Origin: an uncultured Eubacteriales bacterium
GTDB taxonomy: Bacteria > Bacillota > Clostridia > Lachnospirales > CAMVHY01
Direction: 5' to 3'
NCBI GenBank assembly: GCA_948543815.1
Contig: CAOVHW010000002.1
Span: forward strand, 13,888-77,887
Length of the DNA: 64,000 nt
In this document: positions 49,382 to 59,397 of the stretch, one piece after another
Position numbering within the stretch: the first letter of the stretch is position 1
How the letters are laid out: every line of letters starts with the position of its first letter
Notes under the pieces: model-generated
Told to the model about the DNA's origin: nothing
Database searches by the model: none
What the model saw: the letters and a program-made list of their open reading frames with translations, nothing else
Program-made: the position numbers and the translations under genes

Positions 49382-49789
49382 TTAATAGAAATATTCTTTT
49401 TGATTTTGTGGATTTTTTTCGCCGCCACTTTTTACTTTCATATTATATAGATTTTTAATAGTTGAAATAACGAAATCCAGCTCATAAACATTCAGAGTGC
49501 GAAGTAAACTATTGATAGCAGAAATTTTATCATTGTAAGTATCATTTTTACGTTCGCACATTTTTAATTTTTTATCGGAAATAATATCGTCGAGAGTAAT
49601 TTGAAAAATATCGCAGATATCCGACAAAAGTTTGATATTTGTACCGCGTTGACCGCGCTCAATTAAACCAATAAAACTTTGTGAAACATTTAGTATCGAA
49701 GCAAGTTCTTCCGATGACATATTTCGTTTTAAACGTTCATTGCGAATTCTTTCGCCAATAATTTTTTTCATATCTTTCATAAAAATCAC
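49382..49789 (-). CDS. XRE-family helix-turn-helix transcriptional regulator
   Basis: [38 protein letters not shown] is the HTH_3 signature. Confidence 0.8.
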   Translation of the reverse strand: MIFMKDMKKIIGERIRNERLKRNMSSEELASILNVSQSFIGLIERGQRGTNIKLLSDICDIFQITLDDIISDKKLKMCERKNDTYNDKISAINSLLRTLNVYELDFVISTIKNLYNMKVKSGGEKNPQNQKEYFY

Positions 49790-49835
49790 ACCTTTTTATG
49801 ATTATAACGGGGTGGCGAATAAAAGTTCAACAATT

Positions 49836-50867
49836 TTATTTTGGGCAAAAAAATCCTGAAATAAAAAAATCTTTGCCAAATTTATTTTGCGTATCCATAT
49901 CAAATTCTTTTTCCAATTCAAAAGTTTTCGGATTATAGCGATAAATTTTTTTACGGTCAATCGAATAAATTTTATTCTCATAAAGATAAATTTGGTAAGG
50001 TGCATTTTGAATTTCAAACAAATTTAATTGTTGCGTGTCAAGATTATAAACGCTCAAAGTTTTTCCATTTTGATGCCAATCTTCATGCGAAATAATCAAT
50101 TTGTTTTTATAATGTAAAATTTGTTTTGGGCAAATATCTTGCAACATTATTTTTTTTATTTGTCCTGTTTTCAAATTATATTTACATAAAATATTGCTGT
50201 CGGTTTCAAAAAAATTGTCATTTATCTGCGAATAGGTTGTAAAAAAAATTTCGTCGCCTATTTGAATCGAATCATATTCTCCAATTCCACAATTTGTTAT
50301 GTCAATTGATTTTGATATTGTCATAGAATTTGTCTCGATTATATAGATAAATGAGTTACCGAATGCAAACAATTTGTCGTTAAAAATTTTCATGTGAGTT
50401 ATATAAGTATCAGGAATAATTAATTTTTGGAGAGTGTGCGATTTAATTTCATATTTTACAATGCTTGCATCTCTCGTGCAGTTTGCGGCATAAATATTTT
50501 TTTCGTCAACAGTAAAACATGTATTAAATTTTTGGCGAACATTATGTAATTTATATTTGCCGTTTGACAAATCAAATTCTGCAATTTGAGATTTCAGCCA
50601 AAGGTCAGTTCCTTTTACATTCATAAAAACTTTGCCATTATAAATTTTAGGGAAATCCCAACATTGTGAAAGTCCACCACAATTTATTTTCATTGTGGAA
50701 ATTACGTTAAAATCTTTGTCCAAAAAAGTTATGTATGATTTTAATTTTGCCGAACTTATTTGTATGACAGCAATGTCAAATTTATTTGGATATTTTCCGC
50801 TCGGTTTATTTATGTAAAAAATTAAAAGTGCGATGAAAATAAAAATCCACAAAAATTTTTTACTCAT
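49836..50867 (-). CDS. hypothetical secreted/anchored protein, beta-propeller-like repeats
   Basis: N-terminal signal/anchor KKFLWIFIFIALLIFY, and recurrent short strands (..KIY..., ..KLF.F.., ..NKLIIS.., ..NKIYSID..). No family assigned. Confidence 0.55.
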   Translation of the reverse strand: MSKKFLWIFIFIALLIFYINKPSGKYPNKFDIAVIQISSAKLKSYITFLDKDFNVISTMKINCGGLSQCWDFPKIYNGKVFMNVKGTDLWLKSQIAEFDLSNGKYKLHNVRQKFNTCFTVDEKNIYAANCTRDASIVKYEIKSHTLQKLIIPDTYITHMKIFNDKLFAFGNSFIYIIETNSMTISKSIDITNCGIGEYDSIQIGDEIFFTTYSQINDNFFETDSNILCKYNLKTGQIKKIMLQDICPKQILHYKNKLIISHEDWHQNGKTLSVYNLDTQQLNLFEIQNAPYQIYLYENKIYSIDRKKIYRYNPKTFELEKEFDMDTQNKFGKDFFISGFFCPK

Positions 50868-51516
50868 ATTTTGCATCCTTGTAGTAAATTAAATTTGTCG
50901 CGTACTCATCGTTTAAAAGATTTACCGGAAATAATATTTGTGGATGCTTCGGTGCTATATCAATTTTATTTGTCATGTAATATGCCGCCCAAATTATTTG
51001 TGTGCAGTAAAAATTTTTCGCTTTGAGATTTTTCCATGTATTAAATAAAATGTTGTAATTTTTTCCGATTTGTTTTTGGGCCCAATTTGCTGCATCGTTA
51101 CAATTTTTTGGTGTCGCATTTTTCGGAATTACGCAATAGCAAGTAACTTTGCTCGTATCCCAATCATTTGGACCGTAATGAACGCCGCCGAATGGACTTG
51201 CTTGAATAACTTGGCGTGAATTTAAAATAATTGCTGCATGTCCGACGAATGGAAATAATCCAGTTAAATTATCTTTTGTAACTAAAATTGCGCCTTTCAT
51301 ATTTCGTGGATATATAAAATTTGATGTAAGATTTTTGCAGCGTTTTCTTACATCATTCCATGATTTTGTTTCTATTTGAGTGAGTTCCGTGTATTTCAAA
51401 TAATTTAGTGGCATACAAAAAATTGTGATGGAAATTAAACCGGCAAAAATTTTTTTATTCAAATAAAATTTTTTTGGCCAAAACTTTTGGAACCAAAATT
51501 TTTTTTCTTTCGTCAT
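50860..51516 (-). CDS. YiiX/YaeF-like permuted papain-fold (C92, NlpC/P60-related) hydrolase
   Basis: His-before-Cys order (FVGHAAIIL ... NFYCTQIIWAAYY) is typical of permuted NlpC/P60 enzymes. There is an N-terminal TM segment. GGAGAAAAAAAT precedes the ATG at 51516. Confidence 0.65.
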   Translation of the reverse strand: MTKEKKFWFQKFWPKKFYLNKKIFAGLISITIFCMPLNYLKYTELTQIETKSWNDVRKRCKNLTSNFIYPRNMKGAILVTKDNLTGLFPFVGHAAIILNSRQVIQASPFGGVHYGPNDWDTSKVTCYCVIPKNATPKNCNDAANWAQKQIGKNYNILFNTWKNLKAKNFYCTQIIWAAYYMTNKIDIAPKHPQILFPVNLLNDEYATNLIYYKDAKYE

Positions 51517-51593
51517 ATTTTTTTCTCCGTTAAATTTATTATTGTAAAATATTATCAAAGCAAATTTTAAAATTCAACAGGAGAGTATTAAGC

Positions 51594-52058
51594 ATGAAAA
51601 ATATAAAACTTATTGCCCAAAATAAAAATGCCACATTTAACTATTTTATTGAGGAAAAATTTCAGGCCGGCATCGAACTTAAAGGTACGGAAGTAAAATC
51701 GCTACGAAATTCTCGTTGCAATATAAAAGATAGTTTTGTGAAAATAAAAAATGGTGAGGCTTTTATTATTAATATGCATATAGCGGCGTACGAACAAGGA
51801 AATATTTTTAATTGCGATCCATTACGTACCAGAAAATTATTATTGCACAAATATGAGATAAATAAAATGCAAAAAGCTATGCAACTACAAGGCTATTCAA
51901 TTGTTCCATTAAAAATTTATTTTGAGGCGAGTCTAGCAAAAATTGATATTGCGATTGCAAAAGGTAAAAAATTATTTGACAAACGATATGATATTGCGAA
52001 AAAAGATATGCGTCGTGAAATGGAACGCGATTTTAAAAATAAAAATTTATATTTTTAA
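51594..52058 (+). CDS. smpB: SsrA-binding protein
   Basis: IAQNKNATFNYFIEEKFQAGIELKGTEVKSLR...RTRKLLLHK is canonical SmpB. Confidence 0.95.
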   Translation: MKNIKLIAQNKNATFNYFIEEKFQAGIELKGTEVKSLRNSRCNIKDSFVKIKNGEAFIINMHIAAYEQGNIFNCDPLRTRKLLLHKYEINKMQKAMQLQGYSIVPLKIYFEASLAKIDIAIAKGKKLFDKRYDIAKKDMRREMERDFKNKNLYF

Positions 52059-53558
52059 GCGCAATAAATTTTTAAGTTCGCTTACCGAAATACATCCAAC
52101 CATTATGATTGAAAAAATATAAATGATGCCAAAAAAAATTGCGAGCAAAAATAATCCAAAAATATTTGACATAACTAAAAATTGTGCGCTAACTAATTTG
52201 GTGATGAATCCGGCAAATAACATTGCTAAAAATGGTTTCAAAATTAATTCATCAAATTTTAAATTGATGCTTATACTTTTTGTCACCATATGTAAATCTA
52301 ACAAGCATGAAATTATTAAACTGATGAACCATCCAATGATAAATGCGTCGATGCCGCGATAGGGAATGATAAAATATATAAAAAAAAGATTTATGAACGA
52401 TGCGAATAAATTATTTTTGAAAATAAAAAGTTGGCGTCCTAATCCGTTCAATATCCCTGACAAAACAATTTGTAGGTAAAGCATTGGACACATAAATCCT
52501 AAAAGTTTTAATATGTGTGAAATATTTTGCCGATAAATATACATTCCAATTTCATACGAAAAAGTTGTGAAAAATATTGCCGCGCCTAATCCAATAATTG
52601 ATGTGAATAAAATTGCTTTCGAAACTGTGGAATTTATCTGTTTGTGATTCTTTATTATATACGCTTGAGAAACTTCCGGAACCAGTGAAATTGAAAGCGA
52701 TGTCAAAAAAACTGACGGAAAATAAATTAATGGCATTGCCATCGCTGTAACTTTTCCATAAATACTTATTGCGTTTTCAAATGAATAGCCACTGTAAACT
52801 AAACGTTGCGGAATCAAAATATTTTCCAATGCTGACAAAGCTGACGCAGTAACTTTGTTTGCAGACAGTGGAATTGTCATTGAAATTATCAAAGAAAGTG
52901 AAGCGAAAAAATTAATTGATGGACGATATTTTTTAAATTTCTCACTAAAATTTTTATAAGCGAAGTAAACGTAAACAAATGAAAAAAATTCACCGAGCAA
53001 TATTCCCGTTATTGCCAGTGCACAAGCATGTTCACGATTTATACGGTCAATAAAAAAATAAATTACACCCATATGAATTAATTGCTCGAGAACTTGACTA
53101 ATTGCCGGAACTAATGATTGCTGCATGCCGAAAAAATATCCACGAATACATGAGCCTGCTGCCATAAATGGAAAACTAAATGCCAAAATTTTTAGCGATA
53201 AAATTGTTCGTGTATCACGAAAAAATAATGCGGAAAAATTTTGCGCGCCAAAATATAAAATTATGTTCAAAAAAATTCCGATTGCGACCGAAATAAATAA
53301 ACTTTGTTTCAAAATCCGCGACATATTTCCAAATTCTTTTTTAGCTTTTTCTTGTGCCACAAGTTTTGAAATGGCAGTAGTAAATCCGGCACAGGATAAG
53401 CTCCACGCCAAAGTATATACGGGGAGAATTAATTGATATAGTCCAACACATTCGACACCCATTGCATTTGTCATATAAATTCGATATAAGAATCCGAGAA
53501 TTCGCGTAATTAATCCGGCAAGAGATAAAATTGCGGCGCCTTTTATCATATTTTTCAT
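52047..53558 (-). CDS. SpoVB/MurJ-type MOP flippase (stage V sporulation protein B-like)
   Basis: MKNMIKGAAILSLAGLITRILGFLYRIYMTN... plus about 14 TM segments. The start at 53558 follows AAAGGAGCC. The first 88 codons of the track ORF look spurious. Confidence 0.8.
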   Translation of the reverse strand: MKNMIKGAAILSLAGLITRILGFLYRIYMTNAMGVECVGLYQLILPVYTLAWSLSCAGFTTAISKLVAQEKAKKEFGNMSRILKQSLFISVAIGIFLNIILYFGAQNFSALFFRDTRTILSLKILAFSFPFMAAGSCIRGYFFGMQQSLVPAISQVLEQLIHMGVIYFFIDRINREHACALAITGILLGEFFSFVYVYFAYKNFSEKFKKYRPSINFFASLSLIISMTIPLSANKVTASALSALENILIPQRLVYSGYSFENAISIYGKVTAMAMPLIYFPSVFLTSLSISLVPEVSQAYIIKNHKQINSTVSKAILFTSIIGLGAAIFFTTFSYEIGMYIYRQNISHILKLLGFMCPMLYLQIVLSGILNGLGRQLFIFKNNLFASFINLFFIYFIIPYRGIDAFIIGWFISLIISCLLDLHMVTKSISINLKFDELILKPFLAMLFAGFITKLVSAQFLVMSNIFGLFLLAIFFGIIYIFSIIMVGCISVSELKNLLRLKI

Positions 53559-53626
53559 CGCGTGGCTCCTTTTATATTTATAAAAAAGGATATTCGCGCG
53601 ACAAATGGAATATGATTTATAAATAG

Positions 53627-54445
53627 GTGATGAAAATGTTAATAATTTGTGCGAACAAAATGCGACTAAAGCTATATGCGTTGATATTACTGAGCGGATT
53701 TTTATTACCGATGATGGTAAAAGTGTTAAAGGCGGAAAGTAATCCGTGTTATGTGGCAATAATAATTGATGATTTTGGAAATGGTTCGCCCGATACAAAA
53801 GATTTTTTGGAATTAGAAACAAAATTTACGGCGGCGATAATGCCATCATTAGAGCATACAGAATCGGATGCCGAAGCATTAAAAAATTGTGGTAAAGAAA
53901 TTATTTTGCATATGCCAATGCAGCCACACAAAGGTAAAAAATCATGGCTTGGACCAAATGGTTTGACAACAGATTTAAGCAATGAGCAAGCGAAAAAAAA
54001 TATTTATGACAGTCTTGCGCAATTGAAGTATGCCGTTGGTATTAATAATCATATGGGTTCAAAAATAATGGAAGATGAGCGGTTGCTTGACATTTTGTTT
54101 AAAATTGCGAGTGAAAAAAATTTAATTGTTGTGGATAGTAAAACAACGCCAAAATCAAAGGCAAAGATGTTTGCAGAAAAATATAATGTAAAGTTTTTTG
54201 AGCGCGATATGTTTATCGACAGCAAAGATATTAATAAAGTTCGTGAAAATTTGAAGCGGACAATTGAAATTGCAGCGAAAAAAAATTTTGCAATAGCAAT
54301 TGGACACGTCGGACCGGCTGGCGGTAAAATTACAGCCAGAGCGATAAAAGAAATTTATGATGAATACAAAAATAAAAATGTAAAGTTTGTAATGCTTTCT
54401 GAACTTGCAAAAATAAAATCTGTTGCAATCAATTGCAACAGATAA
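53627..54445 (+). CDS. divergent polysaccharide deacetylase (YibQ-like)
   Basis: A signal peptide followed by VAIIIDDFGN...AAIMP...ILHMPMQP...NNHMGS is the pattern of the YibQ family. Confidence 0.8.
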   Translation: MMKMLIICANKMRLKLYALILLSGFLLPMMVKVLKAESNPCYVAIIIDDFGNGSPDTKDFLELETKFTAAIMPSLEHTESDAEALKNCGKEIILHMPMQPHKGKKSWLGPNGLTTDLSNEQAKKNIYDSLAQLKYAVGINNHMGSKIMEDERLLDILFKIASEKNLIVVDSKTTPKSKAKMFAEKYNVKFFERDMFIDSKDINKVRENLKRTIEIAAKKNFAIAIGHVGPAGGKITARAIKEIYDEYKNKNVKFVMLSELAKIKSVAINCNR

Positions 54446-57098
54446 ATTTATAAGCAATATTTTTATTCGTGACACGAAATTTAAGAGATTTATAATTTTG
54501 ATTTAATGACAAATCTTTTTTATATAGAGAACCAATGTTTATATAACGTACACCGTCTTTTACGTTTACAAAATCATTTTCCGCGCAACTGAACAAAACA
54601 AAAACATTTTTGCCATTATTGACAAAAGTTTTAAGCAAATCGTGAAAAATTTCATATTCTTTATTTGGAACGAACGATGCAGGATTTTTGTCAAGAATAA
54701 TTATTACGTGGTCGGAATTATTATTTTTTACATCATTTTCGAGGTTTTGCCACTGTTTAATGTTTGTTTTAAATAAGCAACCTTTTTCGGCCGTCATGTT
54801 TACAACGCAAATATTTTTATATGTGTTTACGAAGTAATTATTTTGCTGCTTAAAAATGTTTCCATCAAGATTTTCATCAAAATTTTCGACAAATAAACCT
54901 AACGAATCTTTTTTGTAAGGTGCCAAAACTTTATCAAGATTTTCTTTGTAATTGTCAGATTTTTTATTTGTATTTGCTGACAAATTTCCAAAGCAAAAGA
55001 TATCAAAACTTTCTTGCGAATTTTCAACATCATTGAAATCAACATTTAATTTATCAGAGAAACTTTTATTTTGTGGAACATTTGTTTTTTGTAATCCATC
55101 AGTAAAAATACCTTTTAAACTTGTTAAGCAGAAATTGTGAGTATTACTGTCGGAATTTTCAGTTGCAATAACGTAAATTTTTTTTAACTTAAGATTTTTG
55201 CCAGAAATATCTATAGTAATATTTTTTTGACATTCCCAATCAATTTTTTTTGCTAAATCAAAAATCAAATTATCTCCGTTTTCATTTGTTAATAAAGCTT
55301 TTAAAGCTGCTTGCGATTTATCTGCGTCGATATTAAAAATTAATTTTGAAGGATTGCCAAGTTCAATCGGATTTTTAAATTCAAGTTCTTTTGTTTGATT
55401 TTTATCTTCAAATTTATAAGTAAATTTGATGTTATTCAAATCAATTTTTTGTGGTGCAGGTTCAACAAAAATTTCAATGTAACAATAAAAATTTGCGTAA
55501 AAACATTTTATATATCCATAGCCGGGTTTGAGCGCGGTAAATTTATTGTTTTCAATTTTGCCTAAATCATTTGGCGCAATTTCATAATTTATATCATTCA
55601 GTTTTATTTTTTTGCCGTCATTGCGAATTGCATTTACAGAAAGTTCACATGAACGATTTATTTGTAGATTAAATTTTTTTTGAGCAGGTTCCAAAATGTT
55701 AATTTGATCAGCATTAATTTCTAATTCATCTGTAAAATTTTCATATTGTGCTGTCAATTTAATTTTACCAATTCGTGCGGGATAAAAATATTCACCATCA
55801 AATTTTCCGTCAGGATCATCTGAAATAATTTCAGCCGGAATTTCAATTTTGTTCAAATATTCATCTAAGCCAAAAACTTTTATTTTTACCGGCAAACCGT
55901 TAATAACATCATTATTTTTCGCAACAATTTTTATTGAATTTATTTGACCCATTTCTTGTGGTTTGAATACGCCGACAGCATTAATAACATTTCTTTGAAG
56001 GCCGTCGGAAAGCGTATTGACAATGTCAAAGCTATCAGAAGCAAAATTTTTTATTACCATTGTTGAAGAGCCGCCGCCGTCTAAATTCATTGCGTTATAT
56101 GCACCGAATCTTTTCATTAAAATTGCTGTTTCTTCATTAGTTGCACCGATGCTATGAGTTCTACCGTCGACAAGTATAATTATCAACGTTTTTCTATCGT
56201 AAGTTAAACCTAAAGCTGTACGCGGTTGACGTCCTTTTAAAACAACATTGTCATTTGTAATTTTCCCGTTTGTTAAAATTTGTCCTACGCCGCCAAACAT
56301 AGTTTTTATATTGTCTAAATCGACAGAAGATTTAACAGTAAACTCAGCGCTTTGACCGACACTAAAATTTTTCAAATGGAAGTCGGCCAAATTTGAATTC
56401 ATTGCGATAATATAAGCGTTTTGTGGAATATCAACGGTTTCACCTTTTTTGGAAATATAAATAATTTTGTCATCGGCAACTAAAATTTTAACTAAATCCG
56501 GGAAACGTTCGTCAAGTGATTTTGTATTAATCATTGCATTTCGGTCGATATAAACTGGAAAAACCATGTCAGTTATTTTATTTATCGATGAAACTGTAAT
56601 ATTTTTTTTACCGTCGTTTAGAAAATTTATTTCAGATTTTACGTAAGCCATGAACGGATTATTATTATTATCAATTATAAAAGATGCGTACTCTGGTTTT
56701 GAGGCGTTTATATTTGAGTTAAGCGAAATTAAATTTCCATCATTGACAACAATTCCAAATGGTGCTGAATATTTTCCTTTGATACCAAAAAAATCTCCAT
56801 TTACTCCTGCAATTGCTTTATTGTCAGCAATAAGTGACTTAACAGTTTCTTTTAGTCCGTAATCTTTTAATGACTCAACAGATTTTACAGTAATATTTGG
56901 GTCATCGAGCGGAACTTTTAGTACATAAAAATCACGCATACCTTCTGTTGTAATTTGTTTGTATGCGTAGTATGTAAGATTTTTTGTAATTAAATTCTCT
57001 TGTTTTTGTTCGTATAAAACATATGGAATCGCTGCAAAAATTTTAACTGGATGCATAAAAATAAAAAATAGAAATATAAATAAAAATTTCTTTTTCAT
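54429..57098 (-). CDS. phosphodiester glycosidase (NAGPA/DUF2233) family protein with C-terminal extensions
   Basis: A signal peptide, then AIAGVNGDFF...RTALGLT...NLDGGGSSTM, typical of the NAGPA domain. A long beta-rich C-terminal region follows. Confidence 0.8.
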   Translation of the reverse strand: MKKKFLFIFLFFIFMHPVKIFAAIPYVLYEQKQENLITKNLTYYAYKQITTEGMRDFYVLKVPLDDPNITVKSVESLKDYGLKETVKSLIADNKAIAGVNGDFFGIKGKYSAPFGIVVNDGNLISLNSNINASKPEYASFIIDNNNNPFMAYVKSEINFLNDGKKNITVSSINKITDMVFPVYIDRNAMINTKSLDERFPDLVKILVADDKIIYISKKGETVDIPQNAYIIAMNSNLADFHLKNFSVGQSAEFTVKSSVDLDNIKTMFGGVGQILTNGKITNDNVVLKGRQPRTALGLTYDRKTLIIILVDGRTHSIGATNEETAILMKRFGAYNAMNLDGGGSSTMVIKNFASDSFDIVNTLSDGLQRNVINAVGVFKPQEMGQINSIKIVAKNNDVINGLPVKIKVFGLDEYLNKIEIPAEIISDDPDGKFDGEYFYPARIGKIKLTAQYENFTDELEINADQINILEPAQKKFNLQINRSCELSVNAIRNDGKKIKLNDINYEIAPNDLGKIENNKFTALKPGYGYIKCFYANFYCYIEIFVEPAPQKIDLNNIKFTYKFEDKNQTKELEFKNPIELGNPSKLIFNIDADKSQAALKALLTNENGDNLIFDLAKKIDWECQKNITIDISGKNLKLKKIYVIATENSDSNTHNFCLTSLKGIFTDGLQKTNVPQNKSFSDKLNVDFNDVENSQESFDIFCFGNLSANTNKKSDNYKENLDKVLAPYKKDSLGLFVENFDENLDGNIFKQQNNYFVNTYKNICVVNMTAEKGCLFKTNIKQWQNLENDVKNNNSDHVIIILDKNPASFVPNKEYEIFHDLLKTFVNNGKNVFVLFSCAENDFVNVKDGVRYINIGSLYKKDLSLNQNYKSLKFRVTNKNIAYKFICCN

Positions 57099-57223
57099 AT
57101 ACTTTCACCTCATTACTTAAAAGTATAACAACTAATTTTTTTTATAGCCATTAAATTTTCGTTAAAGACTTGTAATATTTATTCGACGTAAAAAATATAT
57201 TTAAAAAAAAAGGAGATTATAAA

Positions 57224-57496
57224 ATGGCGGACTTAATTCATTCGATTAAAATGGATCAACGTGAAAATATTTTTATAACCGGTGTAAATGATGTTATATC
57301 GTTCGATGAGGAATCTGTAATTATTGACACTGCAATGGATATTTTAGTAATTAACGGTCAGAATCTACATATTAACAAATTAAATCTTGAAGATGGTCAA
57401 GTTTCAATGGATGGTCAGATATCTGGTTTGCATTACGAACAAGCTGGGGCATTCGGTAAAAATAAATCTTCATTTCTAAGTAAAATATTTAAATAG
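57224..57496 (+). CDS. yabP: sporulation protein YabP
   Basis: HSIKMDQRENIFITGVNDVISFDEESVIIDT...LVINGQNLHINKLNLEDGQVSMDGQISGLHY matches the YabP family. AAGGAG lies upstream. Confidence 0.9.
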   Translation: MADLIHSIKMDQRENIFITGVNDVISFDEESVIIDTAMDILVINGQNLHINKLNLEDGQVSMDGQISGLHYEQAGAFGKNKSSFLSKIFK

Positions 57497-57510
57497 AAAA
57501 GGAATTCTCA

Positions 57511-58014
57511 ATGATTTTATCAATGAGTAATCAGGTAAAATTATTTTTACTGGCAATTTTAATCGGTCTCACTACCGGTTTTATATACGATATGATAAAA
57601 ACGATACGAAAAATAATTCGGCATAATAATTTTGCGATACAAGTTGAAGATTTTTTATTTTGGATAATAATCTCAGCGTCAACTTTTTTTATAATGTTAA
57701 ATAAAAATTCCGGACAGATTCGTGGCTATTGTATTGGCGGCGCACTTTTCGGTATGCTTCTATATTCTTTAACGCTAAGTAAATTTGTTGTAAGTACTTC
57801 AGTCGGTATCGTAAATTTTTTTATCAAAATTATTATGAATGCGCTACGAATTATTTTTTTGCCAATAAAATTTGTAATAAAAATAATTCCGTGGCAATAT
57901 TTCATAGCGGTAAAAAATTTTTTCCAAAAATACTTGTACATCTCTAACCATTATGCGAAAATAAAAAGCAAACGTACTTTAAATAATTTAAAAATAATCT
58001 TTAAAAAAATTTAA
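57511..58014 (+). CDS. yabQ: spore cortex biosynthesis protein YabQ
   Basis: FLLAILIGLTTGFIYD...RGYCIGGALFGMLLY. It is a four-TM small protein immediately after yabP, the conserved gene order. Confidence 0.8.
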   Translation: MILSMSNQVKLFLLAILIGLTTGFIYDMIKTIRKIIRHNNFAIQVEDFLFWIIISASTFFIMLNKNSGQIRGYCIGGALFGMLLYSLTLSKFVVSTSVGIVNFFIKIIMNALRIIFLPIKFVIKIIPWQYFIAVKNFFQKYLYISNHYAKIKSKRTLNNLKIIFKKI

Positions 58015-58030
58015 CTCGGTGGTGTAACTA

Positions 58031-58309
58031 ATGAAAAAAAATTTTCGTATTAAATTATTTCCACTTCTATCTTTCTTCTTAGTTAGTTCATTCGTTATCG
58101 TAAATTATGTGCAATATAAAAATTATGCAAAAGTAAATAATGAAATCAAAAAAATTTTAAACGATATCGATAAGGAAAATTTACGTCACCAAAATCTTCA
58201 GGCTCAAATAAAATCTTGTGATAGTAATGAATATATCGAAAAGATAGCACGTGAAAAATTAGGAATGATAAAGTCCGATGAAATAATTTTTTACAGTGAG
58301 GAAAATTAA
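58031..58309 (+). CDS. divIC: septum formation initiator (DivIC/FtsB family)
   Basis: A single N-terminal TM segment, a coiled coil, and IEKIAREKLGMIKSDEIIF. It lies after yabP-yabQ as in Bacillus. Confidence 0.8.
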   Translation: MKKNFRIKLFPLLSFFLVSSFVIVNYVQYKNYAKVNNEIKKILNDIDKENLRHQNLQAQIKSCDSNEYIEKIAREKLGMIKSDEIIFYSEEN

Positions 58310-59170
58310 ATGGATACGGTAAAATTAAAAGCACCCGCTAAAATTAATTTGACATTAGATGTATTAGATAAACGTTCGGACGGTATGCATAATATTGTGA
58401 GTGTGATGCAAACAATTTCGCTTTTCGATGATGTAGTTATAAAAAAAACAATTTTGCCCGGCATAAGAATTTTTTCAAACGTAGAATGGTTATGCGACAG
58501 TAATAATTTGGTCTATAGACTCGCCGAAGATATTTTGCGCGAATATAATTTAGATTGTGGCCTCACTATTAAACTTTATAAACGAATTCCAATTGGAGCA
58601 GGATTAGCTGGCGGAAGTTCTGATTGCGCTACGGCATTAAAATGTTTGATAAAACTTTTTGATTTAAAACTTTCGATGGCAAAAATACATAGAACTTGTG
58701 AGAAATATGGCGCTGATGTTCCATATTGTTTTTTTGGCGGAACAATGTTAGTCAAAGGAATCGGAAATATTTTAAAAAGATTACCGAATCATCCCAAAGC
58801 AGTTGTTTTATTAGCTAAACCAAATTTTATTGTTTCAAACAAAACCAAAAAAATTTTTGAAATGTTTGACCAAAAAACTTTTTCAAACTCACATACGGAA
58901 AAAATAATTTCAGCAATAAAAAACCGTAACATAAAAGATATTGCAGAAAATTTTTCGAATTCACTTGAATATGTAACGGCTAATCTTTGCCCGCAAATTA
59001 AACAAATAAAAAATTTTATGCTGCAAAATGATGCGTTCGGTGCATGTATGAGTGGTAGTGGGCCAACGGTTTTTGGCTATTTTGAAAATTTTAATATTGC
59101 TAAGAAAACTGCTGTGAAAATTCAAAATAAATTCCGCTATGTTACAACTTTCGTAACACGAACTTTATAA
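58310..59170 (+). CDS. ispE: 4-diphosphocytidyl-2-C-methyl-D-erythritol kinase
   Basis: KAPAKINLTLDV...KRIPIGAGLAGGSSDCA (GHMP kinase motif)...MSGSGPTVFG. Confidence 0.93.
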   Translation: MDTVKLKAPAKINLTLDVLDKRSDGMHNIVSVMQTISLFDDVVIKKTILPGIRIFSNVEWLCDSNNLVYRLAEDILREYNLDCGLTIKLYKRIPIGAGLAGGSSDCATALKCLIKLFDLKLSMAKIHRTCEKYGADVPYCFFGGTMLVKGIGNILKRLPNHPKAVVLLAKPNFIVSNKTKKIFEMFDQKTFSNSHTEKIISAIKNRNIKDIAENFSNSLEYVTANLCPQIKQIKNFMLQNDAFGACMSGSGPTVFGYFENFNIAKKTAVKIQNKFRYVTTFVTRTL

Positions 59171-59250
59171 AGAAAATAAATTTGCAAATTATATGATTAC
59201 ACTTCCTTTTTTGATTGCTAAAATAATAGTTAAAAAAAGGAGTGATGTAT

Positions 59251-59397
59251 ATGGATGAAATCATTAGCGTTATTGCAAATGTAGGTTTCCCAACTTTTAT
59301 TGCGATTTATTTATTACTTCGTTTTGAGTCGCAAATTACTGAGTTGACCTGTAGCATTAATCGCTTAGAGCAAACTATTAATAATATTGTCAAGTAA
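59251..59397 (+). CDS. YvrJ-family small protein (48 aa)
   Basis: Hand-called: MDEIISVIANVGFPTFIAIYLLLRFESQITELTCSINRLEQTINNIVK. Compare the YvrJ pattern ...I.N.GFP..V..YLL.R.E..L..L. AAAGGAGTG lies 8 nt upstream. Confidence 0.6.
   Translation: MDEIISVIANVGFPTFIAIYLLLRFESQITELTCSINRLEQTINNIVK

Noticed and set aside
52059-52100. Expected tmRNA (ssrA) next to smpB.
   Set aside because: smpB is immediately met by the convergent flippase gene, with overlapping ends. No tRNA-Ala-like acceptor or T-arm sequence was seen nearby.
53559-53822. N-terminal extensions proposed by the ORF track. Affected genes are the spoVB-like gene (88 aa), ackA (31 aa), pta (24 aa), lepA (23 aa), recJ (27 aa), secD (18 aa), thiN (15 aa) and glyQS (7 aa).
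   Set aside because: In each case an internal ATG is preceded by a good Shine-Dalgarno sequence and matches the family's usual N-terminus. The extensions overlap upstream genes or terminators.
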